Below are positions 1-13,298 of a stretch of 64,000 nucleotides of DNA, one piece after another; positions within the stretch are counted from its first letter, which is position 1; every line of letters starts with the position of its first letter. The notes below the pieces were generated by a model that saw nothing but the letters and a program-made list of their open reading frames with translations, was not told the origin of the DNA and did no database searches. The stretch is from Eledone cirrhosa (Eukaryota). The position numbers were made by a program, and so were the translations under genes. The stretch lies in assembly GCA_964016885.1 (NCBI GenBank), contig OZ024740.1:177630001-177694000 (forward strand). The letters are read 5' to 3'.

Positions 1-170
1 TGTGCTATATACTAGCATATTAGGCAAGTGCCTAAGTATTGCGAGTGAAATTTGGTAGATGATGACATAACATGGAAAGACACGGTAACACATGTTTCGT
101 TAAGAGAACTCATTATTAGTTGAGATCGCTCAAGGAAACGCGTGTTCCTGCGTTTCTCGCTGTAATGGCT

Positions 171-252
<82 letters not shown>

Positions 253-256
<4 letters not shown>

Positions 257-615
257 GAATTTAGCTTCGAACATAGGTGTATACAAATATATATTTGAAT
301 TTCGTATTTTTAAAGAAATACGGTATGTTTATAAATAAACATTTAGAAAGCCATAGCTATGAATAACACACTGGCAGCTAACGACACCAGGTGGTGTTCG
401 GCAGAAGCAAGGGGAATAATCGTCGATGCATTTCGAACTCAACTGGTGATCGTCAGGACGATCTCTCCCGTTTTTGCAGCTGCTTGGTCGCATTAGCTGT
501 GTTATTCATAGCTATGGCTTTGTAAATGTTTATTTATAAACATACCGTATTTATTTAGAAATACGAAATTGAAATGCATATTTGTATACAGCTATGTTCG
601 AAGCTAAATTTTAAT
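253..615. mobile_element. MITE-like foldback element with ~120-bp terminal inverted repeats
   Basis: 253-370 (attagaatttagcttcgaacata...gctatgaataacaca) is the imperfect reverse complement of ~497-615; (TA)n flanks the left side. Confidence 0.7.
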
Positions 616-734
616 TTAATTCTATTATAAGTTGAGCCAACTTATACAGCTTCATAAGCAAATGAGATTAATCACCTCATTTACACAGACGAGAAAACTA
701 AATATTTTCGCCTGTTTTCAAAGTCCGACAGTTG

Positions 735-911
735 CAAGAGCGAGAGAGATCGTCCTGACTCGAACCAGTTGCGTTCGAAATGCATCGACGATTGTCCTCC
801 TTGCTTCTGCCGGACACCGCCTGGTAGCGTTAGCTGCCAGTGTGTTATTCATAGCTATGGCTTTCTAAATGTTTATTTATAAACGTACCGTATTTCTTTT
901 GAAATACGAAA

Positions 912-914
<3 letters not shown>
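735..914 (-). repeat. Second, inverted partial copy of the 253-615 element
   Basis: 735-914 is a diverged reverse complement of ~296-478; it ends in (TA)n. Confidence 0.75.
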
Positions 915-958
<44 letters not shown>

Positions 959-1549
959 GAAAGGTATAGAAATTGTTGTAGTGAGAAGCTAACAGTATTC
1001 CATAACATATATGCGGCTATAGCGTCAAAATGGGAAAAATAGTTAACGTAAGATGTAGGAAAAATAATTCAAACTCATCTCAAAAGAGAATCAGGATATA
1101 AATTCATCCACAGAATTTAGTGAAATCCAGGGAAAAATCAATAGAGCCTTAACTCATGATAAAATAAAGTCTAAAATAGTTATCCTTCAATTTGGAAAAA
1201 CATCAAATGCTCTGTATAGTCTTAAAGACTATTTCATGAAAACTTTCAGTGGAGATGGTTACGGTTGGATTTCAATCGTCAGCAGAGCTCAACTCGATAA
1301 CCAGGACTCTCACAGATTTATAAGCCAAAAAGGGAATTTTAAAACTGGCTAGTTCACCATCATGCGTGATTATGAAAAATGCACATGAGGAAAAACGGGG
1401 CTAGTGACGTCAGAATGAGGCGAATGTTTGTTTACAAGAAACAACAGTCAAATACATTCCGAATAAAACTCTACAAAAGGAGTTCAGCAAAAAGCAATAT
1501 TATCGCAGTTTTTATTAAAAAAACCGGGATTAGTCACAAATAATTTAAG

Positions 1550-1632
<83 letters not shown>

Positions 1633-2134
1633 TATTTGTTTGTGTGTCTGTGTGTTTATGTCCCGTAACATCGCATTTCACCAAAGTCTGGTCGATAAAA
1701 TGAGTACTAGACTTGAAAAATAAGTAACGGAGGTAGTGCCTTAGCATGATTGTACTATAATGATTGAAACAAGTAAAAAGAAAAGGAATGGAAATAAATA
1801 TAAAGAAAATGTATAGGTTTTTACTCTCAATATTATGCCATTATTAATCCTTCACAGTCTTTTTTTTTTCTTTCCTTTTCAGGGTTTCATGTTTTTATGA
1901 TATGGAATTCTGAATCTCATTAGTCTACAGCAGATTTCAAAGATATATATGAAGCGGAGAATTTAACTTTTCCAGCCTTCGCCAAAGTCTTTAATTAAAT
2001 AGAAAGGAAGTTTGGTTAGTTATCAATTAAACCCTATGAACTCAATTACAAACCTCTCTTTTTATTATAGTACCGCAGTTCTAATTCAATTTTAATCATA
2101 TTCGTATTTTAAAGATATTCAAGAACATATATCG

Positions 2135-2346
2135 GTTTCTGATTTAGGCACAAGGCCAACGATTTGGGGGAGAGGAAAGTCGATTAAATCGACCCAATGC
2201 ATTACTGGTACTTAATTTGATCAACCTCTTCAGGATGAAAAGTAATTAACCTCGGTGGGATTTGAACTCAGAACGTAAAGGGACTTAACTATATAGCAAA
2301 AACGATGTTGTCTGAAACTCTACCTATACTGCCAATCCACCGCCCT
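2135..2346 (-). mobile_element. tRNA-derived SINE (MetaSINE-like central domain)
   Basis: Reverse strand has tggcagtataggtaga (A-box-like), gagttcaaatccc (B-box) and a ...tttcatcct...gtaccagt core; imperfect TSD tattcaagaa at ~2116 and ~2347. Confidence 0.85.
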
Positions 2347-2760
2347 TATTCAAGAATATTTATTTAAAACTCACCTACAGAAGATATATACAGAAAATAG
2401 GGTTGGCCCGTTATTGAGAGGAGCGTGTAATCCTATGATTCTTAGAATATATTTTAAAAGGTGAAATGAAATCCTGTATAAAGAAATATGAAAATAATAT
2501 AAACACGTTAACAATACTTCGCCCCCACACTAATCCCCCACCTAAAGAAGGTAGTTAATTGCAAAAGACGACAAGCTGTTGAACAATCGTACCTGCCACT
2601 TCTTGTATTAAAAAATAATTAAACTTCGATGAATAAAAAAAATCTCTTTATTGAAAATATAAATAAGATGGTCTATATTCATGTGCATTAATGAAGCGTA
2701 TATATACATAAATACCCAAACAACCAGTATTTATTCCCGAGTACAAAATGCTATAATATC

Positions 2761-2827
<67 letters not shown>

Positions 2828-3602
2828 GATACAGGTGGTATCGATAAACCAATACAACCTGTTGCATGATCGAGACGTCGGTAACTAAACCAGCAACCCC
2901 ACTAAGTCTGTTTGACGAGGAGGGTGTTTATGGGACATTGGACATAATGGAAAACGGAACTCATATAAAGACGCAGTAAATCATGCGAGTCAACGGCCAT
3001 CTAAAATTGGATACATGTGTTTGGGCATATATATACACATTGGTATGTCCATGTAGAAACACATGAGAAAAAAATATTCTTACTTAAAAGATGAGGTGTT
3101 CGTAATATGGCCATTTTGCGTTGTTTTTACCTATTGCTTCGGGCATTTAGAGGATTGTTTTAGTGCCACAAAAACATTTATCATTATACAATCTGACATA
3201 TAGAGACCGTTTTTATCTATATCTTGTCTTTGTTTCCCTTTTTACCCTTTACTCTACTCACTGCAAATCAGTACAAAACGTTTTTGGTACCATATGCAGT
3301 AGGTGGAGTATAATGCCCGTCTGCAACAATGATATACCACCACCTCTATTGATGTGTCACCTATAAGGTATAATATAGTTAAGAACAATCGTAATCCTAC
3401 AGTCCCACACGGTTCTACACTCTATGTTGTAGTATTGTCAATGTCGGACTCACATGTCCACACGCACATAACCACTCCCGCAAAATAAGTGTAATGAAAA
3501 GTCTGTTAACAGTCTGGAACTAGCTGTCGAAACGGCAAGGGCTCAGGCGTCAGGCCCCGAATCTTTCTTATACACATACATACATACATATATATATATA
3601 TA

Positions 3603-3906
3603 TGAAATATAAATTTAAATAAGTTTGAAAACCATACAATACATTAGAAAATTAAAGGTGTCAAGATAACAATAGAATCTTACTTTAGCAAATTTAATAA
3701 ACCCATAATCAAGGGAGTATCCCTCTGACGGTCTTAAAGGATCGATCGGAGTTGATGTGTTAGGAAGGTAGATTTAAGTTAAATGTAATGAAAAGACGTT
3801 AAAATTTTGAGCGTCCGCGTTGTGAAATGTCTGGGAAAAAGTGTATGATATATGCATGTGTGTGCGTGAATGTAAGTGTGCTTAGTGGGATGTATGTATG
3901 TGTATG
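3603..3906 (-). repeat. Left arm of a ~300-bp inverted repeat pair (partner 6289-6603), pLTR-like
   Basis: Diverged reverse complement of 6289-6603 over its whole length. Confidence 0.8.
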
Positions 3907-5480
3907 CAGATCACAACTCGCTACGCTAAGTAATCTCAGATCTAAACACCTCGTATACCTCCCATCGGACAAGGGAAAAGAGTTTTGCGTCATTACCAGA
4001 GAGGCCTACAACAACCTAGCCTACAAACATCTTAACTACGACAGTCACTGGAATTACATCCGCGCTGAGAGAGAACCGGATCAACAGCACCTGGACCAAC
4101 ATCTGTGACCGGTGAAGTCTCCAGAAAAGATTCTGATGCAATTACATAACGAGAAACAGCAGGTTGCCCAATTTAACGACTTGATCAAAATCCACAAAGA
4201 AGGACCCGACCTGAAAATTAGACCCACATTCTCCAATGTTGAAGGACCATCTTATAAAATCTTTTGGCTTCTGTCCAAGATCTTAAAGCCCCTATTGACA
4301 ACCTTCCCAGGCCACGTCTACAGCTCGGATGAAGTCATCCAGTGACTCAACCAAATCGAACTTGACACCCTCAAATCAAACAAGTACGTCTTCAGCCTAG
4401 ATGTAGTATTCCTCTACACATCGGTACCTGCAATCCCGGCTGTGGACCTACTCACTGAATCCACGACCTGGATTATTTCGGCCACACCACCACCGACATC
4501 CACCAACTCCTATCCATCGTTATCAACAACGCCTTTTTCAACTTCCTGGGACAAACCTACTGACAGACATCTGGACTACCCATGGGATCCAGCCTCTCAG
4601 GTTTACTGGCCAGTTCGTATATGAACAGACTAAAACGCCGAGAACTCAGCTCCTGCGACACCTGAGCTTTCTTCACTAGATATGTGGATGATTTACTCAG
4701 CCTCACATCAACTAAGGAGAATGCCAACAAGATTTGAATGCCAATAACATCAATTTCTGCATCGAACATCCAATCGACTCCGGGTTCCTCGCTCTACTTG
4801 ATTTCAGACTGAACATCTCTTATAGCTGTGAAATCCACACCGATTTCTAGCGCAAAGCGGCAGGCAGAGACCTGTTTGTACATTACACATCTGCCCCCCC
4901 CCTCCCCCCTCCACACACACACATACAAGAGCTCTAAAAGTGTGTACATCTTCAATGAAACGGCTCGCATACGCAACCGATGCAGCAACGCTGCTAATAG
5001 AGCCACCCATATCAGACGATTCCACAGGATGTTAGAGATGAATGGCTACCCAGCTTCCTTCTTCACCCCACGACGAAAACCCAGACCCAGAACCCGGACC
5101 AACACAAACAACAGTTGCTTCTTCAAGATCCCACATCTCAGCCAGGAAACCACCAACACCACACGCAAAGCCACCAGGAGAGTAACAAACTAACTCACTC
5201 TGGACCTTCCCTGCGAAGATGCCTCTCCTAAAGACAATGCCCTAACGAGGATAACGGATGCACCCTAACCAATTACCCTATCCGCAACACTAATTGTTGC
5301 CTACGTACCTACGTAGTATAGAGGTTAGAATGTAACAAGTGCAATCTATTCTACATGTACAACACTATTCGACCGCTACATCTCCGTATTAAAGAGCATG
5401 TTAACACCAACTCCTCTTCCTTCCGCCATCACATCATCAAATGCGGAAACCGGGATAACAACACAACAGAAATATTTCCC
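3907..5480 (+). pseudogene. Decayed Penelope-like retroelement (Penelope/Poseidon-type RT + C-terminal GIY-YIG endonuclease)
   Basis: Fragments across frames: LPSDKGKEFCVI, IKIHKEGPDLKIRP, FSLDVVFLYTSVP, GLPMGSSLSG, RYVDD (~4678), NGYP, YVVYRLECNKC and RPLHLRIKEH; many stops and frameshifts. Confidence 0.88.
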
Positions 5481-5550
5481 ATTAACCTTTTTTTTCTTTT
5501 CTTTTTTTTTTTTTTTTTTTTTTAGAGAATAAAATTATTTATTTTACATT

Positions 5551-5780
5551 AAAAATTTTCGCTCTACATGGCTGAATACAATAAATGTAATCTGAATTTT
5601 TCGAATATTAATATTAACATTCCATTCGTTTGCAATTATGCAAACAAGCCTCATTTGGCATGCCAACACAAGAGCAAGAATGAAGTTGTTCATTCTACTG
5701 ACATGGCTTTAAAAATGAGGCTTGTTTGCATAATTGCAAACGAATCGAATGTTATTATTAATATTCGAAAAATTCAGATT
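5551..5780. repeat. Foldback repeat with ~70-bp inverted arms; single-arm copies at ~58843-58945 and ~60971-61045
   Basis: aatctgaatttttcgaatattaat...gtttgcaattatgcaaacaagcctcattt (~5588-5656) is inverted at ~5713-5780; the same arm recurs twice later in the window. Confidence 0.75.
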
Positions 5781-6288
5781 AGATTAAAAAATATAAAGAT
5801 ATACGAAAAAGAGGGGTTATATGTCTTAATCCGTATTGTGAGCAAATGGGGTCCCACGTGCTGGCCTCCCCACAGCCCTGGCGGACAGGATGGAGAAGAC
5901 GTTTCCCCGGAGGATTGTAAGGGAGATGCGCTGGAAGAGCCATTCCAACTCGCGAGGCTCACACCTGCGGCTGGCCAGCTCAACCACAGTATTAGCAACC
6001 AAACGCAGTATAGGCACGCTGAGAATTAAGCTAGCCCTCTTGGTCAAGCAATTAAAACCTAGGACCAATAATCAAATGGAAAGAAATGCACCTGAAAGAA
6101 ATGCACCTGAATTTAAAAGCCTTTATTTCGACATAGCAGTTGCCCGTTTCCTTCTTTCTTTCAAATTAAATCTACGTCCTGACTAACCATACACACTTAG
6201 ACTCACACATACACACACACAAATATTTTTCCCTTTTTATTATGTACATATTCGCACACGCCTTTCACTACATAAACTTACATTCATC

Positions 6289-6603
6289 CATACACAAACA
6301 TCCCACTAAGTACACTTACATTTACGCACACACATGCATATATCATACACCTTTTCCCAGACATTTCATAGCTCGAAGTTTAACGTCTTTTCATTACATT
6401 TAACTTAAATCTGCCATCCTAACAAATCATCTCCGATTGATCCTTTAAGACCTTCACAGGGTTACTCCCTTGATAATGGGTTTTTAAACCCGAAAATATT
6501 TGCGATTATTAAATTTGGCAAAGTAAGATTCTATTGTTATCTTCTCACTTTCAATTTTCTAATGCATTGTATGGTTTTCAAAATTATTTAAATTTACATT
6601 TCC
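6289..6603 (+). repeat. Right arm of the inverted repeat pair; contains a degenerate hammerhead-like motif (ttgataat-ggg..ccc-gaaa, ~6470-6495)
   Basis: Reverse complement of 3603-3906, with an extra internal segment. Confidence 0.75.
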
Positions 6604-6640
6604 TATTCAATAATGCTTCAAGCAAACTGCAGTACTCTGT

Positions 6641-6794
<154 letters not shown>

Positions 6795-6864
6795 TGTGCG
6801 TGTGTGTGTGAGTGTGAGAGAGAGTGTGTGTGCGTGTGTGTGTGTATATATATATGTGTGTGTG

Positions 6865-6908
<44 letters not shown>

Positions 6909-8161
6909 TATTTAGAAGTGCGCCAACAGCCGAATTGTATGAAGCTATATCTATATAAATATAAAGCGTGTAACCGAGACTGCACCAATCTGTATATAAA
7001 AACACACATATCCAATATGTAGTCATTTGCCAGAAGAGACGAATTTCCCTGTAAATTGAAAAAAATTCTAATGAGCCAATTGGACTCTCATCAGAAGACG
7101 TGTATATCATCCAATGAACCACAAGGAAACATGTATTTGATGGATATATATATATATATACCCATTCGCTCTTAGAATTATACTGAAATGGATGTACTAA
7201 CTTGCATGAGGGTCTAATTGATCTGAATATCGATTAAAGATGTTTATCATGTTTTTAATTTACAGGGAAATTCCTATTTTCTGGCCTGTTTGCATGCCAA
7301 TACATGAAATACATCTTATAGTGATCTGCAGTGGAGCATATCGTTCTTGTTACTTGACAATAGATTCACATGTGTAACATATAGCCATAACTGCACTTGG
7401 TTGTGCAACAACAGACCTGCATAAAAACTCGGAAATCCTCAGTGTTATCAAGTATGTACAAACCAAACTAACAACCATCATTCAAATCCAAGCAATTAGT
7501 GGTATCATTGGGATTGGAGTTTCCTAGAATGACCATCTGCATGTAATTATATATGTTCATATTATGGCACCACCCCACACACATATACTTATGATATATA
7601 CAGACCTGTCAAATTTCCCTGTCGGACAAGATCTCCCACCCACTTTCGGGTCGGTGAGAGATGTCTTCTCTCGTGAAAATTCAATATTTCTCCCCGTTTT
7701 GGGGCACTTTTTTCTTGGTACTCCCCTTTTGGGTTTTTAGAGATTGGTAGGTCTGTATATATCCACTCATTACATGTGAGTAAGTACATCTACACATACA
7801 CCTACATGTGTGCACGATTTTACTAAATCGCTTATTTAACCCCGGAAGCAATCTTGACTAAAACAAATATGTATTATATTTTTTGTGACCGACATCAGTT
7901 GTGGGAAGAAAAATTAAATTTCAAAGAAAGACATGCATGCATGCACACATACATACATACATACATACATACATACATACATACATACATACATAGGCAT
8001 AACAAGTTACCCAACACACCTTTATAAAATTCGTTGAAGAGGCAGAAGCAGGAAGTAATATGCTTATATATGTAAGCATACATGCATATACATACACACA
8101 CACACACATATATATATACATACATATGCACACACACACATATATATATATACATACATAT

Positions 8162-8291
<130 letters not shown>

Positions 8292-8408
8292 AGCATGTAT
8301 TGAATTAGAAACTCAAAATTGTCTCATTACAGTAAAATTAGCTCTAGGAAAAGGGTTTGAACGCATACATGTATATGTCTGTGTTCGTTTTTCATTTTTG
8401 TTCAGTTT

Positions 8409-8484
<76 letters not shown>

Positions 8485-8487
8485 TAT

Positions 8488-8522
<35 letters not shown>

Positions 8523-8524
8523 TT

Positions 8525-9742
8525 ATTAATTTCGACGACTCTATTTGGATTAAAAAATCTAATAGTACCCCATTCGACGTGAGTAGGGGTGCCAGCGATT
8601 CTGCGGAGGTTACTGATCTTATCGATCTTTTCCTTCTTTTCTCTATCAAGGAAGAATTCCCCATCGTGGGCGGTGGTTTGTACCGTGACGACGGTCTTTT
8701 GACCATGACGAAGTGCGGCCCACGTGCTTGCGACAGGTTCAGAAAAGAACTCACAGCCTTCTTTAAAGGCTTCAACCTCTCCCTATAGGTTGAGGCCAAC
8801 CTCTCAGTCGTTAATTACCTCGACGTTACCCTCAATTTGTCGAATAGCTTGCACTACGCGTATAGAAAGCCGAATGATACGCATAATTACATAAGTAAGC
8901 ATTCTAACCATCCTGCCAGCATAACCAAGAACCTGGTAACAAACGTTTCTTTGAGGCTTTCCCGTCTATCTACTATCGAGCATATTTTCAACGACCATTC
9001 CACATATTACAATGAAGCTCTTGCTCGGAGTGGATTTGTCGATAAGGTAGCATATACAGAGTACGAGAATAGGCCTATGAAAAATAGATCGCGACGCATT
9101 ATATGGTATAACCCACCATATAATATGGAGGTGGCCACACCATTAGCTAAGATCTTTCTCTCCCTTATTATGAAGCATTTCCCCCCAGCACATAAATATA
9201 GTAAATTTTTTAATAGAAATACTATTAAAATGTCTTACTCTACGACTCCTAATCTTGCACATCACAGCTTCAAATTTAGCTAAACTACCTAGCCGTAGGA
9301 ACTCGTGCAACCCCGTAGCTAGTACTAACTGTAATTGTAAGAATCGGGTTGACTGCCCCCTATCCGGGAATTGCCCCTCTAGTAAGATTGTCTACAAATG
9401 TAAGGTTGAAACACCTACATAGGGTTAACCGCCAATAGATTCAAGCAGCGTCATTACATGGATACCCATTCTTTTCTTAACCTCTTAAGAAGGAATATAA
9501 CGTCACTTTCAGCTTATATTTGGAGTCTAAAAGACAACCACACTCAATATAAGTTACACTGGGAGATCCTAGCTAGGGCTAGATCGTATAACGGAAATAA
9601 AAGACCATGTGACCTCTGTGCCGCTGAAGCCCTGGAAATACTCTACGCCAAAGACCACATCTTAAACAAAAAATCTGAGGCAATTTCGGCTTGTAAACAT
9701 AAATTGCACAAAACTTTCCTGTATTACTGTCCCACATCCTAA
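8525..9742 (+). pseudogene. 5'-truncated Penelope-like element (YRDD-type RT, Cys-rich linker, GIY-YIG), probably Naiad-like
   Basis: FDVSRGASDSAEVTDL, GGLYRDDGL, NYLDVTL, YRKPNDTHNYISKHSNHP, WYNPPY, FNRNTIKMSYS, CNCKNRVDCPLSGNC, CDLCAAE and LNKKSE..SACKH; stops and frameshifts. Confidence 0.9.
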
Positions 9743-11034
<1,292 letters not shown>

Positions 11035-11147
11035 GTGGGTAATGATAAATGTTACCCAATTACAAGTAGGAATGGAATGGCACAATGTAAAATTCCAGGT
11101 ATGCTTCAGACCCGAAATACAATATAAATGATAATATACATACATAA

Positions 11148-11189
<42 letters not shown>

Positions 11190-11296
11190 ATACATTAACG
11201 GAGCCATAGACTCTCGCCGTTCCCTGTAAATACTGTGCTCAACGGAGTGGAAATCCCGGGCACTTTAGAACACAATATGTTGAAAAGGTAACATCC

Positions 11297-11552
11297 TAGA
11301 GAGATATACAGTGCGCCATCAATAAAACAGGGGAAAACCCCTAGTGTATGGAATCTATAACCCATGGAAGGCAGAATATAGATACGATAATTACAAATAT
11401 TTGTACGTGTGTTATATAGTTATAGAGGTATTTATTTACGATTTAATTTATATTTTTAATTATCGTGTCTATATTCTGCCTTCCATAGGTTATAGATTCC
11501 ATACAGTAGGGGTTTTCCCCCTGTTTTATTGATGGCGCACTGTATCTCTCTA
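11297..11552. mobile_element. MITE with ~85-95-bp TIRs; Tc1/mariner-like ends (TA|cagtg...cactg|TA at 11309-11542)
   Basis: cagtgcgccatcaataaaacaggggaaaacccc...gataatt is inverted at 11458-11542. Confidence 0.8.
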
Positions 11553-11655
11553 TATATATGCATATATATATATGTATATACGAATATATATAAATATATA
11601 TATATACATATATATATACATGTATATATACATACATATATATATATATATATAT

Positions 11656-11856
11656 AGTTTTATTATAGATGAGATTCTACAGGACTAGAACTGTTTCATT
11701 CATTAGAAATCATCAGGAATCAGTGATTCCTGATGATTTCTAATGAATGAAACAGTTCTAGTCCTGTAGAATCTCATCTATATTAAAACTGTTATACTCT
11801 GCTATGTATTGAGTACCTTACTTACTGTGGTTACCTCCGATTCAACCCGGAATAAC
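11656..11856. mobile_element. Non-autonomous PLE pLTR / retrozyme-like element: 135-bp head-to-head palindrome (11656-11790) plus tail, embedded in (TA)n
   Basis: 67-bp arms centred on 11723 with one mismatch; a homologous single copy lies at 17571-17710 on the - strand. Confidence 0.8.
11725..11773 (+). ncRNA. Type I hammerhead ribozyme (mirror copy on the - strand at 11673-11721)
   Basis: Stem I gattc/gaatc; CTGATGA at 11730-36; stem II ttc-taat-gaa; GAAA at 11749-52; stem III cag/ctg; GTA triplet at 11766-68. Confidence 0.8.
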
Positions 11857-11952
<96 letters not shown>

Positions 11953-12017
11953 GTATGTATCTCTATATATATATTTATGTAAATATATATATGTACATAT
12001 ATATGTATATTTGTATC

Positions 12018-12080
<63 letters not shown>

Positions 12081-12081
12081 G

Positions 12082-12128
<47 letters not shown>

Positions 12129-12129
12129 G

Positions 12130-12176
<47 letters not shown>

Positions 12177-12195
12177 ATATACACACGCACACACA

Positions 12196-12236
<41 letters not shown>

Positions 12237-12574
12237 TTACGTAACAGACATAACTGCACACATTTAAAATATACGAAGGTATACATACCTTAAGGCAAAT
12301 TCCTGGTCGTCATCATGCAGCAAGACAAAGCACCCAGTATATGCCTCGTTGAGCATATCTGAGGCACAACGAGCAGGCAGAGGGCACTAGGTTCATTCGT
12401 GCAGACACGCCTATATTTTACCTGTAGTTATCTGCGTTTACCTTATCTTAATCATGATGGCTGTTGCCGTGTTGGTGGCGGTCGTGGTGGTGCTGATTCT
12501 GATGTCGGCGGTGGTGGTAGATGTGGTGGTAGGGATGATGGTAATGGTTGTTATTAATATTATTATTATGTGGT

Positions 12575-13122
12575 TTGGCAGTATCAGGTAGAGCGCCGGA
12601 CAACATACTTTGTGGTATAGAGTTACGACCGCTTATAATTTGAGTTCGAATCACGCCGAAGTTAAAATTGCCTTTCATCATTACGGGGTCGATAAAACAA
12701 AGTACTAGTCAGGCACTGGGGTCGATTTAATCGACTTTCCCTTCCGCCAAAATTGCTGGCCTTGTTCTTATATAAGAAACAATTACTGAGTTCAAATCCC
12801 GTCGAGGTTAACTTTGCCTTTCATCCTTACGGGGTCGATAAAATGAAGTACCAGTAATGTACTGGTTATTTGCTGGCCTTGTGCCAAAAGTAGAAACAAT
12901 TATTATTATTATTGGCAGTATCGGTAGAGCCAAGGACAACATACTTTGTGGTATAGAGTTATGACTCTTTACGTTCTGAGTTCAAATCCCACCGAGGTTA
13001 GCTTTGCCTTTCATTCTTACGGGGTCGATAAAATAAAGCACCAGTAATGCACTGGGGTTGATTTAATCGATTTTCCCTCCCCTAAAATTGCTGGCCTTGT
13101 TCCTAAAGTAGAAACAATTATT
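12575..13122 (+). mobile_element. Tandem cluster of three tRNA-derived SINEs (full ~12575-12785, 5'-truncated ~12786-12902, full ~12912-13122)
   Basis: Repeated ggcagtatc.gtagag, gagttc(g/a)aatc, ttgcctttcatccttacggggtcgataaaa.aaagtaccagt and gctggccttgt..agaaacaatta. Confidence 0.88.
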
Positions 13123-13298
13123 ATTGTTTCTTTGGCGGTTGATGTGTACGGACGTGTTATTTTGGAGCTCTTGTAAATGTTGTTGATTTAACCTGTTACG
13201 TTTTACTTTTGTTGGACGTTTTTGTTTTAGAAGGGACATAAGGCGACCCAACAATATTTCCCTTCTACATTGATAATTTGTTGGGATTAGATTTTTTT

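Noticed and set aside
2260-2346. tRNA gene-like A/B boxes here and in other copies
   Set aside because: They are SINE heads fused to a conserved core and flanked by TSDs; no full cloverleaf
5860-5885. WPPHSP resembling the Tc1/mariner WPxxSPDL motif
   Set aside because: Isolated hexapeptide with no other transposase motifs
7065-7100. CTGATGA + gag/ctc stem on the - strand
   Set aside because: No GAAA or stem III follows, so it is not a supportable hammerhead
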